NCBI RefSeq assembly: GCF_037042905.1
Contig: NC_087246.1
Coordinates: forward strand, 992,001 to 1,056,000
Direction of reading: 5' to 3'
DNA: 64,000 bases
DNA from: Lytechinus pictus
Taxonomy: Eukaryota
Shown here piece by piece: positions 52,528 through 64,000 of this stretch. The translations under genes and the position numbers were made by a program. Positions within the stretch are counted from its first letter, which is position 1, and each line of letters opens with the position of its first letter. Under the pieces are notes generated by a model that saw only the letters and a program-made list of their open reading frames with translations, was not told the origin of the DNA and made no database searches.

Positions 52528-55500
52528 ATACATAAAATATAATGTTCATTAATTTGTAGCAGAACTGTAATAGACCAACTATCTTTTATCATGAAAGGTC
52601 CAGGAACGGAATAGACTATTTCAGTGCTAGTCCATAAAATAAAGGCGCACTCGATCAAATGAACGCAATTCTCAAAAAGTACGATCTCTGTGATCAAAGG
52701 TCTCAGTTTCCTATAAGTCTTTGCACAAGATACAATCCGATCGAACACCGGATTTGCGCGCTTTGCCACTAGCTGTTAAAGTAATGGGAGTCTACACTAT
52801 TAAAATGGTACAATAATCTTAACGTCTTTGGGAAGTTTTGGGTATGACACCCCGTCATTGTCACTCTCATGGAGTGATCCCATCAGAAAAGTTGTTTCCG
52901 TTCAATCACATCATCAGCAAGCTAGTGTGTTGCTATGGGAACACTAGCTGTTGGTCAATGGGATATGTTCACTTGAAATTTAAAACTACCAGTATTCAAT
53001 TTGTCTTTTCCATTCATGCACACAAAGTTTCAATGAAGTAGACAAAGAACTCAAAACGAGGATTGCTTCCTGGTATGGTTTCTGACAAAAGTACATAATG
53101 AAAACTAATATCTGAAGGAAGGGATTCCATATCACAGGTCTTCTGGATCCTATGTTAGGAAGAGTTGTCCAGCTATTAAAAAGATTATTCTCATCAAACT
53201 TCCATAGGCTACATAATTGCTTTTAATCTCATTCACATTGTCAATCTAAAATATTGGAAATTTGAAAGATTATTAATTAATAAAAAAGAAACTGCTGAAG
53301 ACTATCACCTACTTCCACTTGCCCCTCAAATTAAGTGCATACTATAGCCAGCAATAATTCAGACACTTATTCTCGCAGGAACGTGGTATTGCATATTCAC
53401 TTGTTTGCATGAGAAATAGCACACATTAATATTAGCAATGGCTTTCTAAAAGGCATACTTCATAAAACTGACTTAAGTTCTAAAACACAAATTTGCTCTC
53501 ACCTCATCCGATACAATTCCACTATTTCAGTACATTGTAACAGTAGTGTCACTAACCAATTCATCAAAAGAACCCAGGAGCTCATTATGAAAGTCAAATT
53601 TCTCCTCCTGCTTTGAGTGTTGGCCTGTATATAAAGCATCCATAGGTGGATACCAGCTGAGAGAGTGTGAGATGCTATTGAGTGGACAGAGACCAGTCTA
53701 TAAAATAGGATCATGTAAAGTGGCACGGCACAGAGCATTGACAACATTCTTAGCTGCAAATATAATGCATTCATACCAGGCAGTAGGGAGTCATTACACA
53801 TTCAGGCAACACATTCTCTGTGGAGTGTGGGGGTGTATAATTTATGCCAGTCTACCTTTGATCTGTCTGTGAATATTGAATATCATATCAATTCTAAACT
53901 TCTTCAAATGTTTCATCAACATTCATGCATACCACATTCTTACATGTTCCCATCTTTATCTGTGCCCCCCTGTCTCCCCGCCCCCCTGTCTCCCCCCCCC
54001 CCCCTCCTCTCTCTCTCTCTACCTAGCTCTCTCATCTCCCCTATCTTCAGAAATATTCAGAATATTGATGCGAGTCAGATTTAGGCCTACAGTATTATTT
54101 GAAGTGCAAATAATAATATAATACAACAATTTATTTATTTGAAGGGGAAATTCACCCTGAAGAAATGTTGTACAAACTTGTAATACCAGAAAAAATAAAA
54201 GATATTGGTGAAGATTCTGAGGAAAATCCAGAGATTAAGAAAGTTATTATAATTTTAAGTTTTTGATTTGCAAAGTCATATACAAGCAGCTGCCCTATTT
54301 GTTATGTAATATAAAGAATGCATAAATTTCAATTTTTCAATGTTCATGATTCATGAACATTGAAAAATTGAAATTCATTTTTTTTTACTGTTACTAGGGT
54401 TTGAGAGTGATAATTTGTTGCAAGTAATCGCGAGGCGAGGTCATCAAAGGAAAGTCTTATCGCGTGTCTGAGCATTCACACTGAAGGCAACATTGCCATA
54501 GGTTATTGGGGCAACTGTGAATGCAGTATTAGTAACTAGGAGTTTCCCACTGTTGCTATCTCAGGGCAGAAATCTCATACATTTTTATGTTATCCAGCCT
54601 AGTCTATATATTGAAAGTATAGTGACCTATTCATACATGTATGTTGGCAAACCAGGCTATTACAAAAAGACCAAAAATGTGTGTATTGGGAACAAAGAGA
54701 GAAGGAAAAAAAAAATTGATGAGAAAAATAATCTTTAATCTATTTCATGTTGAACTTGAAATTGTGAACTTTGTTGTAGTTCTTCCCTTGCTAGAGGTTC
54801 CTATAATGTGAGCTGATCAGGAAGAGAAGCACGTTGTGGCAATCATTTTCATAATAGTTCATAATGTCAAGGTCATGTACACAGCATGCTCAAATCAGCA
54901 TGACAATAAAACAATATTTATATTGGGTGTTTATTTCTGTTTCGTTCAATGCCAAGATCGTGAGCACCAGGGGACGGTTGAGCTCTGAAATATCGTGCAC
55001 AGGTTACGTTCACAAGGGATCACATTTTATTTCATGTTAATGATGGACATATGTTGCACAGTATCTCTGATGTGGATTCATTAAAATGATAATTACACTT
55101 GACAGTATCTGATGCTACCATACCCAGCTTGTACATTGATTTAAAAACATTAATCTGAACTTTAATAAGTTCTAGCTGAGTTGCCATGGCAATGATTGTC
55201 TCTAATAGATGAACAAGATAAAAATGTTTGATGAAGAGATGGGTCAGAGGTAACAAGTGGAAGCACATCATCTGGGACAGTAATTTCCCAATTTCCATGC
55301 GTGTGCTGGTGGCATTTTTTTTTTCTTCTTTTTTTTCTCCGCCTTATATGCTGTCATTTATCACTTATGAATCTAGTCAAAATGAAAGCAAATGATGTGC
55401 ATTGACAACATCAGCTTTTTTTTCTCCATTTCAATATTTTTTCTTAAACATGTGAAACAAAAACAGATAATTGGGCTGATTTTGAACAATTGATTGAATT

Positions 55501-55620
55501 GAAAAATTGTGCAACCAATCATGAAATCAGCTGTATGATAAGTAACCAAACTTCATCATATGGAGCTCTTATGGATAGTAATATATTGGTCATTACAAAT
55601 AAGGAGATTTTATTACTAGT

Positions 55621-56084
55621 ATTGGTGGGGCTAAGGGGGGGCCTTAGCCCCACCAATTTCCTGGGGTTAAGCTTAGCCCACTTCGTTTTCACACTACGTT
55701 TTAGCAAAGTGGGCTAGCAAGGTAAATAGTACGGTACTATCTGGCCCTGCAAAAAAGCAGGGTTAGCCGGCTCATTGTGGTGCTAGCACCACAATTGCGG
55801 TGCTAAGAGATGCAGTGTGAAACGAAACTGGGCTAAGGAAATGTGGGGCTATAAGCAATAGCCAATCACAGAAGTCGAAATTGCACGTTAATCACGCTCT
55901 GTATGGTAAAATCATCAACATTCATGAGCTGTGGGATAGTCCGGGGTTAAAAGCGTTAACCCCGGCTAAGTAGATAGTATGTTGTTAAGAAAGACAGTGT
56001 GAATCCAAAAAAGATAGTATGGGGTTAAGGATAGTCCGGGGTTAAGGATAGTACGGGGTTAAGGAAATGCAATGTGAAAAGCAT
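55621..56084 (-). mobile_element. Same MITE family, copy 2, inverted and truncated at one end
   Basis: Reverse complement aligns by eye to 51119-~51580. Confidence 0.82.
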
Positions 56085-57295
56085 ATAGGTTTCCTAAACA
56101 TTTTGAACTGCTGAGATCCATTTTTAGAAGGATTTTGATGTATTCAAGAAATCAAATATATTGCAGATATATGTACTATCAAGTTTATACTAATTTATGT
56201 TTAAAAGCTTACCGGTACATGAAAAATTTGAATTATTCTACATTCTATTCCGGCTTAAGCCTACATACCCAGGCTGTAGGCCTTTCTACTAATATGAATC
56301 TTCATTCAATCTGATGCAAGCACACTTTTCATCACTTGGAAACCATACATTGTGACCTTAACGCATGTGAAAGTCATTTTAAAAAGTGCAAATGGATCCT
56401 GGGGTGATGAGAGAAACAATTCTACACTGGTACATCATGCCTCTGCAATATGGAAACTCTTCGTTTTAACGACTGCATATATCGCAAGAAATGAAATTAC
56501 CAACATATGAGGATAACCTTCAATTACTTACTACCCTAGAAATGACGTAGATTATTATTTTTTCATGATTACAAAGCTTTTACAGGTCTACAAAGTCAAA
56601 GGAGTGAACTTAAAAAGATGCATCATCCATTCAATGCCTTTCCATTGGAATGTTAATGAGATGTTTCCACAACCATACCTACCTGCATCATTCAACAAAT
56701 ACATCGACAAAAAATGGAAAATCAGAACAAAAATAAACACTCTTGGATGGCATTCACAATAACATGAGCTGGCAAATATACAAAATTGATGAGTATATTC
56801 CACTTTTTCCACACATACCTCAAAGTCAAAAGAAGATGCAGCATATGTAGGCCTAAGTACAACTGCTCCTCACTTGTTCTTCTGCAATGCATGTGAGTAG
56901 GCAGGAAGCAGTGAACTTTCCATGTCATTATGTACATGTATGTGTAATACCGCACATGTACAGAGCATGCTATCGTCGCAGCAAACCAAGAACCATCTCA
57001 TTTGGGCACATACGCATTTAACATGTAGTACAGAATAGCATAAGAAGCACTACGCCATCATAAAATCCCTCCGGTGAGAAAAGAACGCAACACATCGCAA
57101 TGATTTTTTTCTTATGGTTAACAGAACACGTCAATCCACAATTGGGCAAGTTGACAAAAAAAATCCTGCTGCTATGTGCTTGGTGAACTTTGTTCTCTTT
57201 CTATTATTCTTCAAAAACCATCAAAACAAATGGAAAAAAATGTAAGGGTGCATGAACAGTCCGGTTTCCATCATCATTGCTCCATCATCCCGTAG

Positions 57296-57312
57296 AGGTC
57301 ATTTCAAGGTCA
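57296..57312 (+). promoter_or_regulatory. Perfect DR5 nuclear-receptor element AGGTCA-TTTCA-AGGTCA
   Basis: Two exact AGGTCA half-sites spaced by 5 nt. The second has the TCAAGGTCA extension. Function untested. Confidence 0.4.
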
Positions 57313-59582
57313 TCTTGGACTGTTATCTGTGAGCTTGAGAGAGAGCACACGGATATATGGAAGACCGATCGACCACATCCCGTATTTAAACAATCAATTG
57401 CATTTGCGCACTTTGCTCCTGTTAGCAATTGAACTGCGTCACAAGCAGTTGACTCACAATCATTCCACCAAATCTATCATTTTGCATTTCTTGGAACCAG
57501 TGGGCGAACAGGAACTGTACTCCTGAGTTAGTCCTCTCTGAAACTTAATATGAAAAAAATGGGTGGAAATAACAACTTGTACATGGCATGGCACTGGGGT
57601 CAAACCTAGCTCTATGCTTTCAGATTTCATTTCCCTTCTAAAATGAAACATAGTGAAAGCTGCTTTTGAAATTGCCTCGCGACCTTTTGACCTCCAGTGA
57701 TATGATAAGTATTTCTCTATCTCGACCTGACAATGGGATAGCATTTAATTTGGTATCGTGCAGACACTGGTTTTGTGGTATAAACATTATCAGTTTGACA
57801 AATTCACAGAAGACAAGACAAGAGGAATAACCCTGAAGAGCGAACAGAGAGAGATTTAAAGGGCTGGTGGCATACGTTAAGATTGATCTTCATGTCATAT
57901 GAGAAGGAACAATGTTTTTGTGGTTTGGATGACTACTAAAAATTTATATGCCAAACCTTGTTTAGAGACATTAGAAATTATTATGTTCTATTTCCACCCA
58001 TATTTTATCAAAAGGAAAGATTATTGCCCAACTACAATACATATCCCTCTGATTGAAATGTCAAGAGTCAAGATCACTAGACAATACTTCTGCAATATCA
58101 GGCAAAGAGAGGATGGAAACCAGAGTTGTCTACCAAATGACCACCACTATCTAAAATAAAGAGTATGCTATAGGCCTACATTCTCAACTGAGCATAGTAC
58201 TACAGGCTTGCTAGACCTCCATGTATGTACTACATATACACAGCTATGAATCATGAAGGCTATACTCCTTGAAAAATGCAGTTCTTCATTAAATTAACAT
58301 TTTCTGGACCTGTACATAGGCCCCCATTTTCATACTCTTACAGGACATCTATTCACATCATGAAAAACTGTAATACCTCCATGTATAGACCTACAGACTA
58401 CAACCAAGTTCATGTGGGGTATTGTGTTATCAGATTCCCAAGTCATTGACATTCAATAAAATAAAATAACTTTCTATTTAAAAATGATTAATTTCTTATG
58501 AATCATAGAAATTCATGTCACCCACTCCCCTTCCTTGCCTTCCCTTCACCTCCCCTTCCCTTCCCCTCTCACCATCTTCATACAATCTACTACATGCAGT
58601 CAGCATAGGCCTACACCAAAGAATTGGTCACAATGGCCTACAAAAGCTAAAGTATAGCCAGTAATGGCTGGAGCTCCGTAACACCAAACCCAGAAACTGA
58701 TCATAGAGCAAATTTTTACAACTGATTGCACTGACTACAATATAAAATCGATTGTTACAGACAATGGTACGATCGGTTGCTAAGCTCTGTGTTAATGGAC
58801 CCATGGTCAGAGCTTTCATCCAGGCAAGCCAATATGCTACCCTAGCTGACCAGGCAAGACCCACTGGAATATTCATGAGTGTCCAAGCCAGCTCTCCATC
58901 TCTAACGCTAATGAATGGCGGTGGAATACAGTGATGGAATACAGCAGAGGGGAAAAAAAGAGAATTAATACATCAGGTCAAGGAGAAATTATTTTGTCCT
59001 ACAGTTAAGGGACACCAGACAAAGTCCAAGTTAAAAATGAATATTTTCAAAGGAGATAGGCAGTGTACAGTAGGGGATGTACATGTGTAGCATGCCTGTT
59101 GGTCAATTACTCGCATGATACTCATAGCAAATGGTCAAGCATATGTTGATATCATTCTTGATCATATTAGGTTGGGTCAGCTCTCTGGTCAATATCTGCT
59201 TTATTACTTCAGACCTATATGTACCCTGGAAACTGCATACAATGTATTTACCTGACAAATTATGAAAGGAAATATCAATTTTCTATGGACAGTACTAATT
59301 AATTATAAAAGCATCTTCTAGGTTTCTTCAGGACAAAGTTTGATCTATAATACAGATGAGGCAATTATTCTCCAGGTTTTATCCCAGGGTGAGCGTTAGT
59401 GGTATAAATGCAGTTTGCAGAATTTAGGTCGGAACACAGCCCGGACATAAAAGAAACATCTGTCAATGACTCATCCATTTGCGATTATTTATCCATTACT
59501 GTAGTAGAAAGTAGGAAAATTGAGACAAATTATCATATCATATTGAATATCATCACAAAATAACTCCAATACTTGTACACAA

Positions 59583-59926
59583 GGTGTATTCAGATCACCT
59601 TGATCAACAGGATTCCTGTGAAATTACGAGAACTTGTTCTGCCTGAAAAATACCCAATAATTATTTTCCAAATTCATACCGACCCGAAGGACATTCGTTT
59701 GGGGCAAGTCTGACCTTGGAAATATCCCTACAAAATTTCTTGTAGTTTCAGCAAGTACTGTACCTTCTATTTAGTGAGTATTTTCTTTCAGAGATATTAC
59801 AAGCATTTTCTTTTCACCATGGCAAAACTACTTTACCTGGCATTTTCTGATCAGAGTAGATCAGGGCAAATTTCCCAATCAGAGAATACTTGGTATTCTT
59901 GAACTTCAAGGTGGTCAGAATATGCC
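59583..59926. mobile_element. Older Harbinger-like MITE
   Basis: Imperfect TIRs GGTGTATTCAGATCACCTTGA / TCAAGGTGGTCAGAATATGCC, flanked by caa/taa. Confidence 0.6.
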
Positions 59927-60180
59927 TAATGAGTAAAAGAGATAAAGATAAAGGGACTTGCCTTCCCCTATCAACAAAACATACAAGACTTTTATAATGA
60001 AAAAAAAAATATGCACAGTATTAGGTCACACAAATTTTAAAAGCAGCCTTGGATCACTATGTTACAGGAAGACCAGAGTGGCAATATAGATATATTTTTG
60101 TGCCGAGATGCCTGCTGCATACCGGTATCTAGATATTACATAATATTAGACCCATTATAGTACAGATCATGACAAGTTAA

Positions 60181-60774
60181 AGGGGAATCCAACCCCAATA
60201 AAAACTTGTTTTTGTAAGGAAAAGAAAAATCAGACAAGTTGATAGGTGAAATTTTGAACAATATTGGACAAACAACAAGAAAGTTATGAATTTTTAAAAG
60301 TTGTAAATATTGGTAATCACTATACCCATGGAGACTTCAAATTGGCCGCATATAAGATGTCATAGTGATGTAAGGCAAGGACTACTCTTCCATGTACTCC
60401 AATACATATTATGGCTAAAATGTCATTTTTCCCAAAAGTTTTATTTCAAATTATATTTTTCTTCCATGAGGACATAAAACAATATACTACCTGGGTTATA
60501 TTTAGATTACTGCCCCAGGGGAATGGGTACTTAGGAGAAAACAACAAATCCCTGATAATAAAGTACATGGCCTATGGGAAAGTTGTCCTTGCCCTTGTCA
60601 TAATTTACTTACCCAGTTGCCAATTTGAAATCAACATAGTATTAGTGATCTCACTTTTAAAGCAGCTATAACTTTCTTATTGCTTGTCCGATTTCTTTCA
60701 AACTTTCACCATTCTGTTTAATTTATTTTTCTCCGTCCTAACACATCATTTAATGGCCAAGGTTGGATTCCCCT
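60181..60774 (+). mobile_element. Kolobok-like non-autonomous element family K1, copy 2 (TTAA TSD)
   Basis: TTAA|AGGGGAATCCAACC ... GGTTGGATTCCCCT|TTAA. Colinear with 47462-48056. Confidence 0.88.
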
Positions 60775-61688
60775 TTAACTGGCACCCAAACCAGACAGAT
60801 ATCCCCCCCCCCCTACCCCTATCAAACTGATGACCACAATGTATTTGAACTAGATTTTTATATCCCTAGAGGCCACGCACATATAAGATTCCACTCCCCC
60901 CATTCATCCTCCCCCATCCCTCCTTTGATTCTCTGTCTCTCCTTTCTCCCTATCTCCTCCTCTCTCTTCTCATGGCTAACTCTGCCCCCCCCCCCCCCTC
61001 TCTCCTCTCTCTCTCTCTCTCTCTACACTGGTCAGTGCTGGACAGTCTGGCTTTGTCCACTGCATACATCACCAGCTTCACAAACAAGCGCTGCATGGCA
61101 AGTTCACTCTCGGTTACTGTGCAGCAATATAAGCGCCAGGTCAAGGCTGTTACAAATATAGATTGTCGTTATGAAACGTAAAGAATACACGCACAACATA
61201 GGAACAATATCAGGCGGCCTCTCCTTAGAAATGGAACTAGTGCAATGCTTCTTTTTTTGTATTGATGGAATTGGATTGGCGGGTTATGAAATAAAATTCA
61301 TCCCTCCTGTAAAGATTGTGTAATTTAACAGACACTCCCTGGTGAGGAGATTTTTCCTGATGAAAACCTGACATGAAAATAATGACCAATGGATTTAACT
61401 GGCTTGATGCCCCAAGTAGAATCAAACGAAAATCTCATTTGAACAATCTTGACAAATGTTCTGCAATAAAATAGTTACTCACAAGTGACAAAACCATATT
61501 TTAAACAAAAGAAAAATTTATATTACATTCTTAAAACCTTGAAATAAATGTTAATTTTTTAAAGTATATGTATATAATATAATCAAAGAATAAATAACAT
61601 TTGAAGTGGGAAGGTGGTCAATGATTTTACTCATCTCGCTATCGTATCTAAAACATACATGTACATTACAGTTGTGCAGTTGTCTTAA

Positions 61689-62289
61689 AGGGATACTCCG
61701 GGCTGAAAATATTCATATCTAGATAAATAGAGTAAAATTCACAGAGCAAAATGCTGAAAATTTCATCAAAATTGGATAACAAATAACGAAGTTATTAAAT
61801 TTTAAAGTTAAGCAATATTTTGTGAAAATAGTCATATGCACGTCATCATGAATATTAATTAGGTGGGCTGATGTTACATCCCCACTTTCCTTTTTCTTAT
61901 GTTATTATATGAAATTATAATCGCTTCATTTTTTCCACACGTGTGAACAATGTGTCTCCTTTAGAATTAAATAAGCTGTAGCAATGAATATCTAAATCAT
62001 TAAATCAGTTGTCAATCCAATTTTTTCAGATCTTGGTAGAAAAAAAATTGAATAAACCTAATTTCATTTGATGAAATACAAAAGAACAAGTGGGGATATG
62101 ACATCATCAATTTGCTCATTGAATATTCATGAGGAAATGCCTAGTAATGTTTCACCAGAATAATGCAAATCTTTAGAATGCCATAACTTTGTTATTCCTT
62201 GTCCAATTTTGATCAAATTTTCAGTGTTTTGTTTGTCTTATTTTTCTTGATCCGTTTAAATCATATTATTTTCAGCCCAAAGCATCCCT
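61689..62289. mobile_element. Kolobok-like non-autonomous element family K2 (TTAA TSD)
   Basis: TTAA|AGGGATACTCCGGGCTGAAAAT ... ATTTTCAGCCCAAAGCATCCCT|TTAA. About 600 bp, same architecture as K1. Confidence 0.82.
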
Positions 62290-62501
62290 TTAAATAGCTA
62301 ATCTGGGTTTTCCCAGGCCAGTGGCCACTCACAATCATTGAATAATAAATAACCCATAGCACCTGGCTAATTGTATTCATGAACATTACAAATATATAGG
62401 AGCACTTTGATTGGATGATGTGAAAACAAGCCCAATAGGTTTATATAATGAAGCTCAGAGTAAAGCATATTCATCCAGAGTGATAAACGCCAAATAGGTA
62501 G

Positions 62502-62676
62502 TACCTTGAATCTCTACAGATATTATTAAACTTTATTAAGTCATATATTACTGGGAATCTGTACAGGTATTATTAAACTTAATAGAGCCATGAAGTACCT
62601 GGAATCAATACAGATATTACTGAACTTTAAAAAGTCATAATACATTGAATATGTACAGATATCACTAAACTTGATC
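62502..62676 (+). repeat. Degenerate minisatellite, ~47-bp unit, ~4 copies
   Basis: Recurring TAC.(T/G)GAATC.(G)TACAGATATTA(T/C)TAAACTT. Confidence 0.7.
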
Positions 62677-64000
62677 AAATAGAAAGAAACTTTCCCATAA
62701 AGCAGCATTTAAAAAGAAATAAAATCAATAAGCTTAATTACCTATAATTAGAAGACTGAGAATTTATAGGAAAACAGTTGAACGTCAACGGAGATCATAA
62801 AAATAATTGAACATCTGAGAAGTCTGCAAGGTAGTTCTAACTGTATGTTGTTATTTGTTACATACAGTGAATATTCCGTATGGTTTATAACATATGAGGA
62901 AGGCCTACTTTACTATTCAAAGAAAATGTGACCAAGAAAGAAAATTTGATTATTTCCATCTTCATGACACTCGTTTCAATTCTTCTTTGCAAATCAGGCA
63001 ATTATAATAAGTTAAGCATTGTGTGGTCATTGGCAAGGCTTTACAAGGCAGATATCTTTAGCAGTTCTTTTCGTATGCTGTTTCATATGACCTAAGAAGA
63101 ACTGGGTCATTTTTTATCATTTTGATAATTTGTAAATTCTCGTAATTGTCCAAAATGATCAGTAACATCAACCTTTTCCCTTTGTACATGTTTTATTTTT
63201 AACATAATTTAAGTTTTTTTTACAGTCCCGTATTATTGGCAGGGCAATGAAAGACCTTATCCTCAGACCAGAGCTAAGAACCTCTTAGTAAAAAAAAAAG
63301 TTTGTAATCTCATACCACAATCTGAATTAATTCTGATAAAGCACAATTGTAAAACTTTATGAAATATTAAAGATTAAAGTTCTATCTAAAACAAGTAATA
63401 TCATTGTGGTTGGTACAGGGTGGGGGGCACATGGCTGAATGATTTTTCAGTGCAGTTCAAAATTTCTTCCAAAGTCGAACCAAAGTTTTGAAGATTCAAA
63501 TCAAGATCATCTGTCTGTCCTTTTTTTTTTGGGGGGGGGGGGGTAAACCAGAGCAAGTAATGGACCACTTCATTATAGATAGAGAGTCACTATGAATTTA
63601 GATATATTACAGGATAGAGCCCCAAGCATATGCCATCACTAAAACTTTTTTGTAGGATGAATTATGGTACTGGTCAAATCCAGGTCAACTTGAAAGTCAA
63701 GGGAACTAAAAAAAACCCAGATCTTGCCTTGTCTGAAGAGTGATGATAATCATTCTAAATGCTAGGTCAAGGATGTTTCGACTTCAGTGACAGCCATTGG
63801 TCAAATTTTCACATTTGGACTCTAGCCCTCTTCCTTTGGGATTTCATCAGGGAAACTGGGATTTTTTTTCTCTCTCCTACAATTGAAATCTCTACTGACC
63901 ATGACCGAAATCATCAATGACAAGTAGGCTAAATCCACAAATGGGATAAAAGAAGTGATAATTACAAAAGTGTGGGGAATAGGTTGGGAGTTACCTGTAG

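Noticed and set aside
52296..52769. Longest ORF in the track (157 aa, minus)
   Set aside because: Reads through a (TA)n microsatellite (IYIYIY), has a GTG start and no domain motif. The CpG-rich part looks like a repeat end.
4850..59763. TACAGTA/TACTGTA (Sleeping Beauty-type footprint) occurrences
   Set aside because: My rough count is close to chance expectation for 7-mers at this base composition.
59838..59926. Phase-1 donor with open frame ...LIYSDQKMPG as a possible first exon
   Set aside because: Lies wholly inside a MITE and has no start or acceptor support.
62502..62676. CRISPR-like periodicity
   Set aside because: Whole units are degenerate tandem copies without unique spacers, in a eukaryotic context.

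Overview
AT-rich, intron-rich animal genomic DNA, most likely from an echinoderm such as a sea urchin (inferred from the miRNA sequences and repeat types). The main content is a minus-strand spliced gene with 11 in-frame GT-AG coding exons between 27734 and 3838, about 412 aa, with its first exon not securely found. It encodes an uncharacterised dynamin-superfamily/EHD-like P-loop NTPase (GNHSAGKSS, DTPG, TKAD) followed by a helical stalk and two C-terminal hydrophobic helices. One intron (14535-17488) carries two same-strand miRNA hairpins, miR-22 and miR-2013 (miR-103/107 seed family). An 8mer seed site for miR-2013 lies just downstream of the host stop codon. The rest is intron or intergenic DNA with many non-autonomous DNA transposons (P-like, hAT/P-like, Kolobok-like, Harbinger-like), a DIRS RT/RNaseH fragment, decayed LINE and SINE relics, and simple repeats. 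The palindromes TACATGTA and TAGGCCTA are in strong excess. Almost all ORFs in the supplied track are spurious.
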